Shown here: positions 36,729-46,612 of the stretch, in pieces | Position numbering within the stretch: the first letter of the stretch is position 1 | Layout of the letters: every line of letters starts with the position of its first letter | Origin: an uncultured SAR86 cluster bacterium | Lineage (GTDB): Bacteria; Pseudomonadota; Gammaproteobacteria; Magnimaribacterales; AG-339-G14 | Assembly: GCA_902570035.1 (NCBI GenBank) | Contig: CACFWO010000002.1 | Coordinates: 1,054-65,053, forward strand | DNA length: 64,000 bases | Direction: 5' to 3' | Program-made: the position numbers and the translations under genes | The notes under the pieces: generated by a model | What the model was told of the DNA's origin: nothing | The model's database searches: none | What the model saw: only the letters and a program-made list of their open reading frames with translations

Positions 36729-37446
36729 TTTTTCTAAACCCTGCAAAAATAAAACCTGCCAAAGCAACCAAGCTCAAGCCTAACCATTGTATTGCATAGC
36801 CAAAATGACGATTAGCTGATAAGTAAACGGGTTGCCAAATCCTGGAGAATCCATCTAATGAGAATTCATCAAGTTCAAAGACTACAGCTGGAAAGTTTGT
36901 ATTCCACTTCAGATTAATACTGTCGATATCAAAGGACTGCATTTCTAAATCACTTTCTTCCCTTTCATAGATTGAATTATCAATCGTGAAAGCTTTTTCA
37001 ATGGGTCTGAAAACTCCCTGCAATAAATAATTTTGATCTAAAGTCTTTTTTGAACTATCGAATGAATTTGACCATCCTTTTGATACCAAAAGTGATAAGC
37101 CATTATTAGATAAAAACTCTTGATAAACAGAAAAACCACGAACTCCTTCATAGATTGCGTTGTCTACTAAAACTGTCTTTTTGCTGAATTTGCCTTGCAT
37201 AAAAAAGGGTCTATACCATTGGCTGGGAGATGCATATTCTAGAGAAATAAATTCGGTTGGGGGCTTTGTTTGCTGATTATTAATAAAACTTTCAAGCTTA
37301 GATTTTTCTAGACCTCTTTGGTATTGCCAAAAACTTAAACTTAATAAAATTGGTAACATTACTGTTATTAAAGTAATAAACTTCCAACCTGGATTAAATT
37401 TTCTAATGTTAGTAAAAATACTCATCGTCGTTTTAATGATTGCCAT
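36721..37446 (-). CDS. SURF1-family cytochrome oxidase assembly protein
   Basis: RKFNPGWKFITL..SFWQYQRG N-terminal signature and a C-terminal TM with YAIQW. The start is ambiguous: ATG 37446 has an AAGAGG SD, and 37425 and 37485 are alternatives. Confidence 0.75.
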   Translation of the reverse strand: MAIIKTTMSIFTNIRKFNPGWKFITLITVMLPILLSLSFWQYQRGLEKSKLESFINNQQTKPPTEFISLEYASPSQWYRPFFMQGKFSKKTVLVDNAIYEGVRGFSVYQEFLSNNGLSLLVSKGWSNSFDSSKKTLDQNYLLQGVFRPIEKAFTIDNSIYEREESDLEMQSFDIDSINLKWNTNFPAVVFELDEFSLDGFSRIWQPVYLSANRHFGYAIQWLGLSLVALAGFIFAGFRKND

Positions 37447-37618
37447 GCTGATAAGCCTCTTTTCGAGCGCCGTATTTATGATCAAAGATAAAAAAGGTGC
37501 TATGACAAGAAGCTTTATGGCTCTTAGAGTAAGAGTAATTATTGCAGGGCTTCTTCTGCTGACTCTTGCTTACGGTCTTTATAGTGGTCAAATAGTAGTT
37601 AATAGTCCTTGGGGTTAG
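37406..37618 (+). CDS. Twin-TM small protein (DUF2909-like), antisense within cox cluster
   Basis: 70 aa with two hydrophobic helices separated by a basic loop (KDKKGAMTRSFMALRVR). I recall a comparable small opposite-strand gene between coxC and SURF1 in Pseudomonas. Confidence 0.55.
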   Translation: MLVKILIVVLMIAMLISLFSSAVFMIKDKKGAMTRSFMALRVRVIIAGLLLLTLAYGLYSGQIVVNSPWG

Positions 37619-38517
37619 AAAACATAAACCACCAATACCAATAATATCCATACAACATCCACGAAGTGCCAATACCAAGATCCTGCTGCTAGGCCAAAGT
37701 GATCATCCTTAGTAAATGCTCCTCTGAAGCCTCTTATAGTCATAATTGTTAGGATAATCGCCCCCATACAAACGTGGAAACCGTGGAACCCAGTTAAAAG
37801 AAAAAACGTTGTTCCGTATATTCCTGCACCAAGAGTAAGGCCCATATGATCGTAGGCTTCGTAATACTCGAGTCCTTGTAAATAAACAAAGGTAAATCCA
37901 AGGATTAAAGTCATAACCATCCAAAACTTAAATGAAGATCTGTTGCCTTTTTTAAGAGCATGTTCTGCAATAGTAATGGTTCCGCTTGAGGTTATTAAAC
38001 AAAGCGTATTCCAAAAAGGAAGCCAATGTCCTACGTTAGTAAAACCAGGGAAATTCATATTTTCTTTTGGGCCTTGGAATAAAGACGGATCCGGAGTCTG
38101 CATAACTGGCCAAGTTGCTTCAAATCCAGGCCACAACATATTCGAGATAGCCTTTTCGCCCTCGCCGCCCAACCAAGGAACTGCAAATATCCTTACGTAA
38201 CCAAGAGCCAAAAAGAAAGCGAAGAAAAACATAACTTCACTGAATATGAACCACTGCATGCCCATAACGAAAGATCTGTTCAACTGATCGCTGTACATTC
38301 CTTTATCGTTTTCTTTTATTACTTCGCCAAACCAAAAGAAAAACACAGAAAAGATGACCGCAAAAGCAGCAATTAAAATCCAATACGAATTTGAGTCAGG
38401 TTTGTCTAAATCATTAATAGTGTAACCCGCACCTAAGACAAAAAGCATTAAACCAAAGGCCATCCAGATTGGTAATCTACTGCTTGCTGGAACGAAATAT
38501 GAAGATTGGTCGGACAT
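37615..38517 (-). CDS. coxC: Cytochrome c oxidase subunit III
   Basis: 300 aa with 7 TM helices. FFLLTGFHGFHV and WYWHFVDVVW signatures. Confidence 0.92.
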   Translation of the reverse strand: MSDQSSYFVPASSRLPIWMAFGLMLFVLGAGYTINDLDKPDSNSYWILIAAFAVIFSVFFFWFGEVIKENDKGMYSDQLNRSFVMGMQWFIFSEVMFFFAFFLALGYVRIFAVPWLGGEGEKAISNMLWPGFEATWPVMQTPDPSLFQGPKENMNFPGFTNVGHWLPFWNTLCLITSSGTITIAEHALKKGNRSSFKFWMVMTLILGFTFVYLQGLEYYEAYDHMGLTLGAGIYGTTFFLLTGFHGFHVCMGAIILTIMTIRGFRGAFTKDDHFGLAAGSWYWHFVDVVWILLVLVVYVF

Positions 38518-38519
38518 AA

Positions 38520-39059
38520 TTAATTGCTTGCTTGTAATTTTATATGAGATTCGGAGATATCAAAAAGAGTATAGCCAAGCGTTAACACTGGAACATCGTC
38601 AGGAAGATCAGGATCAATAATGAATCTGACCGGCATGGTTAACTTTTCTCCAGGCTGTAAAAGCTGTTCCTCAAAACAAAAGCATTCGGTCTTATGAAAA
38701 TACTGTGCACCTTTGCCTGGAGATACACTTGGAATAGCTTGAGCCACCATAGGATAATCTGTGGGATTCTCAAAAGTATAATCTACTGTGTAGGCAGTTC
38801 CCGTTTCTGCGTCTAAAGTTCTTTTCTCTGAGGTAAAATTCCATGCCATGTTTTCATTGTTCTTGGTAACAAAGAGAATTTTGATTTCCCTGGAATTAAA
38901 ATTGTCATCGTATTCGGTAATGGTAGGACCAGATACTTTTCCGTTTAGCCCAGTGATTTCACAAAAAACATCATAGATAGGAACTAAGGCAAAACCAAAA
39001 CAAAACATACCTAAAACAAGACTTACTAATTTTAAGTTTGTTTTAGTGGCTGCTTTCAC
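38520..39059 (-). CDS. ctaG: Cytochrome c oxidase assembly protein CtaG/Cox11
   Basis: 179 aa. N-terminal TM and a CFCF copper-binding motif (HKTECFCFEEQ). Confidence 0.9.
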   Translation of the reverse strand: MKAATKTNLKLVSLVLGMFCFGFALVPIYDVFCEITGLNGKVSGPTITEYDDNFNSREIKILFVTKNNENMAWNFTSEKRTLDAETGTAYTVDYTFENPTDYPMVAQAIPSVSPGKGAQYFHKTECFCFEEQLLQPGEKLTMPVRFIIDPDLPDDVPVLTLGYTLFDISESHIKLQASN

Positions 39060-40639
39060 TTAACTTCTGGCGGGGTTTCGAAAGTGTGATACGGAGCTGG
39101 CGATGCAACGGTCCACTCTAGTCCTTTGGCGCCTTCCCATACTTCTGAAGTAGCCTGTTTACCGGCAAAAATACTCTTAAGAATAATAAACAAGAAGAGG
39201 AGTTGCGTTAAACCAAAAATGAATGCACCAATAGAAATCACCATATTAAAATCTGCGAATTGAAGAGCGTAATCTGGAATTCTTCTAGGCATCCCTGCTA
39301 ATCCAACAAAATGCATGGGAAAGAAAGTAATGTTAACCGAAATGAAAGACATCCAAAAATGAGTCTTCCCTAGAACTTCGTCGTACATGTTGCCGGTCCA
39401 TTTTGGTAACCAATAATAAACACCGGCAATTATTCCAAAGATGGCTCCTGGAACTAAAACGTAATGAAAATGTGCTACGACAAAATAAGTATCGTGGTAT
39501 TGAAAGTCAGCTGGAGCTATTGCAAGCATCAAGCCTGATAATCCACCGATGGTGAACAAAGCAACGAAAGCTATTGAAAAAAGCATCGGAGTTTCAAAAG
39601 AGATTGAACCTTTAAACATTGTCGATAACCAATTGAACACTTTCACTCCTGTTGGAATGGCAATCAACATGGTTGTGTACATGAAGAAAAGTTCACCCGC
39701 AATTGGCATACCGACTGTGAACATGTGATGAGCCCAAACAATGAAAGAAAGGATAGCGATTGATGCTATTGCATAAACCATTGATGTGTATCCAAAAATT
39801 GGTTTTCTTGAGAAAGTTTCAATGATGTGCGAGACAATCCCGAAAGCAGGCAGAATCATGATGTAAACTTCAGGGTGCCCAAAGAACCAAAAAATATGTT
39901 GAAATAAGACTGGATCTCCACCACCAGCAGCGTTAAAGAAGCTGGTTCCAAAATGAATATCCATGAGCATCATGGTTACAGCCCCCGCAAGAACTGGCAT
40001 TACAGCAATAAGAAGATAAGCAGTAATCAGCCAAGTCCAGGTAAACAAAGGCATCTTCATAAAAGTCATCCCAGGCGCTCTCATGTTTAGAATTGTGGTG
40101 ATGATGTTTATAGATCCCATGATGGAAGATGCTCCCATGATGTGAACTGCAAAAATAAAGAAGGTTACGGTTGGAGGTGCATACGCAGTAGATAAAGGCG
40201 CATAGAAAGTCCAACCAAAGTTAGGGCCTCCGCCCTCCATGAAAAAAGTGGAAATTAAAATTCCAAAAGCCACTGGTAGAATCCAAAAACTTAAGTTATT
40301 CATTCTTGGTAAAGCCATATCTGGAGCACCGATTTGCATAGGAATAATCCAGTTAGCCAAACCAACGAAAGCTGGCATGACCGCTCCAAAAACCATAATC
40401 AGACCGTGATTGGTCAGCATTTGATTATAAAATTCTGGAGAGACTATTTGGCTTCCAGGCTCAAATAGCTCGGCTCTGATAACCATTGCCATGGCACCAC
40501 CTAAAAATAACATCAGAAAGCTAAACCAAAGGTAAAGCGTACCAATGTCTTTGTGATTGGTAGTGTATAACCATCTGGTTATACCTTTTGCTGGGCCGTG
40601 ATGATGATCATCTGAATGCGAATCTATTACTGCGCTCAT
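39056..40639 (-). CDS. ctaD: Cytochrome c oxidase subunit I
   Basis: 527 aa. WFFGHPEVYI and HHMF signatures, with 12 TM helices. Confidence 0.97.
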   Translation of the reverse strand: MSAVIDSHSDDHHHGPAKGITRWLYTTNHKDIGTLYLWFSFLMLFLGGAMAMVIRAELFEPGSQIVSPEFYNQMLTNHGLIMVFGAVMPAFVGLANWIIPMQIGAPDMALPRMNNLSFWILPVAFGILISTFFMEGGGPNFGWTFYAPLSTAYAPPTVTFFIFAVHIMGASSIMGSINIITTILNMRAPGMTFMKMPLFTWTWLITAYLLIAVMPVLAGAVTMMLMDIHFGTSFFNAAGGGDPVLFQHIFWFFGHPEVYIMILPAFGIVSHIIETFSRKPIFGYTSMVYAIASIAILSFIVWAHHMFTVGMPIAGELFFMYTTMLIAIPTGVKVFNWLSTMFKGSISFETPMLFSIAFVALFTIGGLSGLMLAIAPADFQYHDTYFVVAHFHYVLVPGAIFGIIAGVYYWLPKWTGNMYDEVLGKTHFWMSFISVNITFFPMHFVGLAGMPRRIPDYALQFADFNMVISIGAFIFGLTQLLFLFIILKSIFAGKQATSEVWEGAKGLEWTVASPAPYHTFETPPEVK

Positions 40640-40653
40640 AGTCCTTCCGTGTA

Positions 40654-41790
40654 TTAAAGTTTGTTATTTTTATAATCCAAAATTTCTTTTGGAATTACGA
40701 TTTCTCCGTCACCACTAGCATCGTTACCCCACGCCTTCCTGGTATAGGTAATAACGGCTGCAATGTCGACTTCAGAAAGCTGTTCAGCGTAAGACTGCAT
40801 AGCAGCACCTTGAACTCCTTCCATTAAAATTTCTATTTGTTTGGCTTTGTCATTTAGCACAAGATCGCTTCCTGCTAATGCAGGGAAAACTGGAGGTAAT
40901 CCTTCCCCATTGACTTGATGGCATGCTACACAATTGGTTTGGTAAACACCTTCTCCAATTTCATAAAGTTCTTCTGTTGACCAAAGCTTTTCAGTGAGAA
41001 GTGCTTGTTGAATTTTTGCTTCTTTCTTCTCGTTTACCCAAAGTTCGTAATCTTGAGGTGATACTGCCTTAACAACAACTGGCATGTATCCGTGATATTG
41101 CCCGCATAGCTCAGTACATTGACCTCTGAAAATTCCTTCTTCGTCTACCTGCGTCCAAGCTGTATTTATAAAACCAGGGATAGCATCTTGCTTAACCGCA
41201 AAATCAGGAACCCACCATGAGTGGATTACATCGTTAGCTGTGATTAAAAATCTGATTCTTTTATTGGTTGGTATGACTAAAGGCTCATCAACTTCCAAAA
41301 GATAGTTATCTGATTTCGGGGCAATATTATTTCTTTGATCTAAATCTGTGGACAGGTTGCTGAAAAAACTTACTTCGTCTTCTAGGTACTCATACTGCCA
41401 CTTCCACTGATGTCCGGTAATTAAAATATTGATATCTCCTTCTGCATCATCGTATGCACGAATCATTGTGAAGGTTGCCGGAATTGCCATGACTGCCAAA
41501 ATAACAGCAAATAAAACGGTCCAGGTCATTTCTAAAACTGGATGGTCATCAAACTGTGCTGGTTTGTCACCTTCTTTTTTTCTAAAAGCAACTATGAGGT
41601 AAACCATAAAGCCGAGCACTAATGCTCCAATGACCACGCATATCCAGAAGATAGTCATGTGCAGATCAAAAATTTCTCTGCTGAGGGCATTAACTCCAGG
41701 AGTCATATTCACGTCTCCCCAACCAGCAAAAAGCGAAAGGGATGCGCAACAGGTAATTAATGCCGCAAAAATTCTTTTAATTAGTACCAT
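40654..41790 (-). CDS. coxB: Cytochrome c oxidase subunit II with C-terminal cytochrome c domain
   Basis: 378 aa. CuA site (HSWWVP..CTELCGQYHGYM) plus C-terminal heme-binding CVACH. Confidence 0.92.
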   Translation of the reverse strand: MVLIKRIFAALITCCASLSLFAGWGDVNMTPGVNALSREIFDLHMTIFWICVVIGALVLGFMVYLIVAFRKKEGDKPAQFDDHPVLEMTWTVLFAVILAVMAIPATFTMIRAYDDAEGDINILITGHQWKWQYEYLEDEVSFFSNLSTDLDQRNNIAPKSDNYLLEVDEPLVIPTNKRIRFLITANDVIHSWWVPDFAVKQDAIPGFINTAWTQVDEEGIFRGQCTELCGQYHGYMPVVVKAVSPQDYELWVNEKKEAKIQQALLTEKLWSTEELYEIGEGVYQTNCVACHQVNGEGLPPVFPALAGSDLVLNDKAKQIEILMEGVQGAAMQSYAEQLSEVDIAAVITYTRKAWGNDASGDGEIVIPKEILDYKNNKL

Positions 41791-41847
41791 TTAGTAATCT
41801 TTCTTTAAGGTAGGCAGCGTAATTTTACTTCAAAAGTATGTGGAAAA

Positions 41848-42684
41848 CTAACGCAAAGCCAATAAATTATTGGTCTTTGGAAGTTTTCCTGTCCAAGTTT
41901 CAAATGAAGCAGCTCCTTGCTCAACGAGCATCCCCCATCCGTCTGAAACTGATTGTGCGCCGTTGTTTTTAGCATCAATCATAAATTGGGTATCGGCCTG
42001 AGAGTAAGCTAAATCATAGGCTAGAGCGCAGTTACCATATAGAGATGGGTCTATCGGTAAGCTCTCATTTTCAAGGGTGGACATTGAAGTAGCATTGATA
42101 ATCAGGTCAAAAGAATGAAATTCATCCTGAATTGAATTAAAACTCGATGCTATAAGATTAGAATTTTTCCCTGAAGACTGTCTGTATAAGGATAAATCCC
42201 TAACTAATTCTTGAGCTTTTTCAAGAGTTCTATTCGCTATGCAAATGGTTTTCGGATTGAGATCTTGCAATCCAAAGGCAGCTCCTTTGGCTGCGCCTCC
42301 TGCTCCAAGGATTAAAATCTCCTTGCCGTAAAGATCAAATCCTAAATTTTGATTAATATCCTTCGCTAAGCCAATGCAATCTGTGTTATCTCCGACAATA
42401 ATATCGCCCTTCTTATATAAATTATTGGAAGCACCTATCATTTGAGCTTTTGTTGAAGAATCATTTGAAAATTTTAAAGCTAATTTTTTAAAAGGCAGCG
42501 TGACGCTTAATCCAACACCAGATTTAAAAAAATCTTTAACAAAATTTTCGAAGTCTTCTTCATCAACTAAATATTTTCCAAATGAGATTTTAATTTTTTG
42601 CTGATCAGCAAAGTTGTGATGGATCTCCGGCGATCTACTATGTCTGATGGGATTACCAACTACTCCAAATTTTAAACTCTTCAT
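41848..42684 (-). CDS. aroE: Shikimate dehydrogenase
   Basis: GNPIRHSRSP and GAGGAAKG motifs. The start is placed at ATG 42684, which forms an ATGA overlap with the tsaC stop. The ORF-track start at 42696 is the alternative. Confidence 0.85.
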   Translation of the reverse strand: MKSLKFGVVGNPIRHSRSPEIHHNFADQQKIKISFGKYLVDEEDFENFVKDFFKSGVGLSVTLPFKKLALKFSNDSSTKAQMIGASNNLYKKGDIIVGDNTDCIGLAKDINQNLGFDLYGKEILILGAGGAAKGAAFGLQDLNPKTICIANRTLEKAQELVRDLSLYRQSSGKNSNLIASSFNSIQDEFHSFDLIINATSMSTLENESLPIDPSLYGNCALAYDLAYSQADTQFMIDAKNNGAQSVSDGWGMLVEQGAASFETWTGKLPKTNNLLALR

Positions 42685-43184
42685 TTTCTTATCCACTCCC
42701 CAGTTTCTAGATTTTGTATTGGAGTAGCACCTCCGAAATTGCCGATCTCTCCCCTAATCAGCGTTACCTCATTTCCAAAAACCTTTGTTACTTCTTCTGC
42801 TGACATAGCAGGAGGGTCGTTAGAGATATTTGCTGATGTGCTAGTCAACACCTTGCCAATTTTTTCTGTCAGTTTTATTACTTCAGGATGAGAACTATGA
42901 CGGAGGGCAACCAAATCAGAATTTCCTTTAATCCATCCTGGGACATTTTCATTTGCTCTTACAAGCCAAGTGTGAGGACCAGGCCACGGCCTTTTAAGTT
43001 TATCTATATCTTGTTTATCAAGATGATTTATATATTTTTCAAAATGCTCAAAAACTCCACTTATTAGTATTAAGCCTTTGTCTATTGACCTTTTTTTTAA
43101 CTCGCAAAGTTTAAAGACATCCTTTTTTGAGTCAGGATCACACCCTAGCCCATAAACTCCTTCGCATGGATAGGCATAGATCAT
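42681..43184 (-). CDS. tsaC: Threonylcarbamoyl-AMP synthase TsaC (YrdC domain), N-terminally short
   Basis: 167 aa. YPCEGVYGLGCD, LKKRSIDKGL and TSTSANIS blocks. An in-frame stop 27 nt upstream of the ATG excludes a longer N-terminus. Confidence 0.8.
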   Translation of the reverse strand: MIYAYPCEGVYGLGCDPDSKKDVFKLCELKKRSIDKGLILISGVFEHFEKYINHLDKQDIDKLKRPWPGPHTWLVRANENVPGWIKGNSDLVALRHSSHPEVIKLTEKIGKVLTSTSANISNDPPAMSAEEVTKVFGNEVTLIRGEIGNFGGATPIQNLETGEWIRK

Positions 43185-43197
43185 TTTAAGTTTGGCT

Positions 43198-43674
43198 TTA
43201 TTGATCCTCTAATAAGATTCTTTTTTGTTCTTCTCTTTGATCAGCTATTTTTTTAGCCAAATCTTGATCTCCAGTAGCAAGCATTTGAGCGGCTAAGTGG
43301 CCAGCGTTTACTGCACCTGCCTTTCCTATGGCTACGGTTGCGACCGGAACTCCTCTAGGCATTTGAACGGTTGAGAAGAGAGCATCCAAACCATTTAAAG
43401 GTCCGCCATCTCCTGGAATTCCAATGACAGGCAAAGTCGTATGCGCAGCAATATTTCCCGATAAATGTGCTGCTAAGCCAGCAATTCCCACGAAAACTTT
43501 GGTTCCGTCTATGATGGTAGTTTCAATAAATTCTTTGAGGGCCTCTGGCGTTCTATGGGCACTCAGTACTTTAATCACTGAACTAATTTCATAACCATCC
43601 AATACTTCTTTAGTTGCTTCTGCCAAGGCCATATCAGACTTTGAACCCATCACAATTGCCACGCTGTTAGTCAT
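43198..43674 (-). CDS. purE: N5-carboxyaminoimidazole ribonucleotide mutase
   Basis: 158 aa. IVMGSKSD and SAHRTP signatures. Confidence 0.92.
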   Translation of the reverse strand: MTNSVAIVMGSKSDMALAEATKEVLDGYEISSVIKVLSAHRTPEALKEFIETTIIDGTKVFVGIAGLAAHLSGNIAAHTTLPVIGIPGDGGPLNGLDALFSTVQMPRGVPVATVAIGKAGAVNAGHLAAQMLATGDQDLAKKIADQREEQKRILLEDQ

Positions 43675-43740
43675 AATTTCTTAGATATTTAGTTTTTGTT
43701 AATTACCCACATATAATATATGTAAAGTAAATTTATAAAA

Positions 43741-44256
43741 ATGAAATTATTAAAGATTTTAGAATTTCCTGACCCAAGGCTTAGAACAAAAGCAAAGCCG
43801 GTTCAGGAAGTTACTAACGTCCATAAAGAATTGATCGACAACATGATCCATACCATGTACGAAAGCAAGGGCATTGGTCTTGCTGCTACGCAAGTAGATT
43901 TTCATGAAAGGATCTTGGTTATCGATATAAGCGAAGAAAGAGATAATCCTCAAGTATTTATCAATCCTGAGGTAGAAATTCTGAATAAAGAAGAAAAGTC
44001 AGGCTATGAGGAAGGTTGCTTATCTGTGCCAGGTTTTTATGAAGAAATAATTAGACCTGAAAAAATTAAGGTCACCTATTTGGATAGAGATGGCAAGAAA
44101 CAAACGCTTATGCCAGAGGGTTTGTTAGCTGTTGTCATCCAGCATGAAATAGATCATTTAGAGGGTATCCTCATGGTCGACTACATATCAAACATTAAAA
44201 GACAAAGAATAAAACAAAAACTCCAGAAATCTGCTAAAGAAAAATTAGCATCCTGA
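43741..44256 (+). CDS. def: Peptide deformylase
   Basis: 171 aa. GIGLAATQ, EGCLS and QHEIDHL motifs. Confidence 0.96.
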   Translation: MKLLKILEFPDPRLRTKAKPVQEVTNVHKELIDNMIHTMYESKGIGLAATQVDFHERILVIDISEERDNPQVFINPEVEILNKEEKSGYEEGCLSVPGFYEEIIRPEKIKVTYLDRDGKKQTLMPEGLLAVVIQHEIDHLEGILMVDYISNIKRQRIKQKLQKSAKEKLAS

Positions 44257-44259
44257 TAA

Positions 44260-45195
44260 ATGAAAATAGCTTTTGCTGGAACTCCAGAAATTGCCGCTAC
44301 AATTCTTCAATCAATTATTGATAAAAAAGATCATCAAGTTGTATGCGTTATAACATCAGTTGATAAACCCTCGGGGAGAGGCAGAAAATTAAAGCCTTCG
44401 CCAGTAAAAGAAATTGCCTTAGAGAATAACTTAACCTTGATGCAGCCAGATTCACCTAAATCTGAAGAATTCATCAATGAATTTAAAAATTATCAATGCG
44501 ATGTTCTTTTAGTAGTGGCTTATGGTCATATTTTGACAGAAGAATTACTTGAGACACCTAAATACGGGAGTGTAAATATTCATGCGTCTCTTTTGCCAAA
44601 ATACAGAGGAGCCGCACCAATACAAAGAGCCATCCTGAACGGCGATAAAAAAAGTGGACTGACTTTCATGAAGATGACGAAAGGACTTGATTCGGGACCT
44701 ATGTCAAAACGGTTTGAAATTAAGATAGAAAAAGACGACACCACTGCTGATTTAACATCAAAGATGGCTTCTATAGCCGCAAAAGAAGTAAACCAATTTT
44801 GTTCTGATTGGCCAAATTTAATTGATAGTTTGGAGGAGCAAAATGAAACAGATGCGTCTTATTGTCCGAAAATTACGAGAAATGATGCAGTGATTGAATG
44901 GTCTGATGAGGCCAAAAAAATCAGTAAGACTATTAACGCAATGTACCCTAACCCAATAATATCTATCGACGTTAACGGAGTTGGGATCAACCTTTGCAAA
45001 TCAAAGGTAAATAAAAAGTTAATTGGCGATCCAGGCGAAATTATTGAATTCAATAAAGATATTCTAGCGATAGGTTGTGGAGATTTTGCAGTGGAAGTTA
45101 CTGAACTTTGCAGGACAGGAAAAAATAAACTTTCCATTAAAGATTTTTATAATGGTGCTCAAAAACTTTTAAAGGAAGGCGATATTATTTCTTGA
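44260..45195 (+). CDS. fmt: Methionyl-tRNA formyltransferase
   Basis: 311 aa. MKIAFAGTPE start and SVNIHASLLPKYRGAAPIQ block. Confidence 0.92.
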   Translation: MKIAFAGTPEIAATILQSIIDKKDHQVVCVITSVDKPSGRGRKLKPSPVKEIALENNLTLMQPDSPKSEEFINEFKNYQCDVLLVVAYGHILTEELLETPKYGSVNIHASLLPKYRGAAPIQRAILNGDKKSGLTFMKMTKGLDSGPMSKRFEIKIEKDDTTADLTSKMASIAAKEVNQFCSDWPNLIDSLEEQNETDASYCPKITRNDAVIEWSDEAKKISKTINAMYPNPIISIDVNGVGINLCKSKVNKKLIGDPGEIIEFNKDILAIGCGDFAVEVTELCRTGKNKLSIKDFYNGAQKLLKEGDIIS

Positions 45196-45243
45196 ATATT
45201 AGGTGTATAAATATCAATAAAGTTTTAATTAAAAAGAAATAAA

Positions 45244-46602
45244 TTGGAAATTTTAATTCTCGGAGCTGGCCAGGTTGGCACTGAATTATCTGAGCTCCTT
45301 ACAAATGATGGTCATAACATTACCATTGTTGATACAGAAGCTGATCGACTTCAAAAAGCCTCCTCTCACATAGACTTAAAAACTGTAGAGGGCAATGCTT
45401 CCTATCCAAAGGTTTTAGAGCAAGCCGACATTAACAACATAGATGTTGCTGTTGCGATGATGGAATCTGATGAGGTGAATATTATTGCCTGCCAGATGAT
45501 AAAACTCCTCAATAACAATACAAAAACAATGGCAAGAATTCGTACCTTCGAGTATTTAAAAGGCAAGGGGAAACAAATTGTCGAAGGAGAACAAGGTATA
45601 GACGTCATTATTAGCCCAGAGGAATTAATAACTACACAAATTTGTAGGCTTATTGAAAATCCTGGAGCTACACAGATTATGGATTTTGCCAACGGTAAAG
45701 TATCCATGGTTTCAGTGAAAGCCAAGGAAGGCGCCCCAATAACAGGTCACAAAGTAGCAGAGCTAAGACAGCATATTCCTAAGGTTGATACGAGAATTGC
45801 AGCAATTTATAGAGAGGACAAAGTTATAGCTCCAAAAGGAGATGACATAGTTGAAACAGGAGACGAAGTATTCTTCATAACAGAATCAAGAGATATAAAG
45901 AAAGTTATATCTGAGCTTCGAGTGAAAGAAATTGCTTCAAAAACAATCATGATTGCTGGAGGAGGAAGAATAGGAAGAAGACTTGCTGAATCTTTGGAAG
46001 GAAAATTCAATCTTAAGATAATTGAAATCAACAAAGATAGGTGTATTTATTTATCAGAAAAATTGGATTCCTCTTTAGTTCTGAATGGGGATTCATCAGA
46101 TAGTGCTCTACTTGAGGAAGAAAATATTGAAAAAACTGATTTCTTTTGCTCTGTTACTGATGATGATGAAGCGAATGTTATGTCTTCCATGTTGGCTAAA
46201 AAGATGGGTGCTAAAAAAACACTATCTTTGGTTAATAAGAATGCATACTTAGATCTTATCTCGAAGGAACAAATAGATATCACCATTAATCCCTCAGAAA
46301 TAACGATCGGATCAATTTTAGAAAATTTGTCTGATGAAACACAATTGAAAACATACTCTTTTAAGAGAAAAGGCGAAGCAGTTGAACTAATTGCAACATC
46401 AAGAAATGGTTACCCGGGAGTTGTGGGGAAACAAATTGATGAGGTAGAACTGCCTAGAGGATGTGTAATTGGGGCTATCTTCTCTGAAAATGCTATTAAA
46501 ATCGCTCATCATGATACCAAAATCAATGAAAACGATCATCTAATTACTTTTATAGCTGATAAAAAGAATCTTGAAGAAGTAACAGATATAATTTGTTCAT
46601 AA
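45244..46602 (+). CDS. trkA: Trk potassium uptake system NAD-binding protein TrkA
   Basis: 452 aa with a TTG start. Two tandem RCK/KTN units (ILGAGQVG and IAGGGRIG). Confidence 0.9.
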   Translation: MEILILGAGQVGTELSELLTNDGHNITIVDTEADRLQKASSHIDLKTVEGNASYPKVLEQADINNIDVAVAMMESDEVNIIACQMIKLLNNNTKTMARIRTFEYLKGKGKQIVEGEQGIDVIISPEELITTQICRLIENPGATQIMDFANGKVSMVSVKAKEGAPITGHKVAELRQHIPKVDTRIAAIYREDKVIAPKGDDIVETGDEVFFITESRDIKKVISELRVKEIASKTIMIAGGGRIGRRLAESLEGKFNLKIIEINKDRCIYLSEKLDSSLVLNGDSSDSALLEEENIEKTDFFCSVTDDDEANVMSSMLAKKMGAKKTLSLVNKNAYLDLISKEQIDITINPSEITIGSILENLSDETQLKTYSFKRKGEAVELIATSRNGYPGVVGKQIDEVELPRGCVIGAIFSENAIKIAHHDTKINENDHLITFIADKKNLEEVTDIICS

Positions 46603-46612
46603 ATAGAATTTA

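Noticed and set aside
37433-37678. 81-aa minus-strand ORF spanning the DUF2909-like gene and the coxC 3' end
   Set aside because: It is in a different frame from coxC and SURF1, is Cys/Lys-rich and low-complexity, and has no SD. The plus-strand twin-TM ORF explains the region better.
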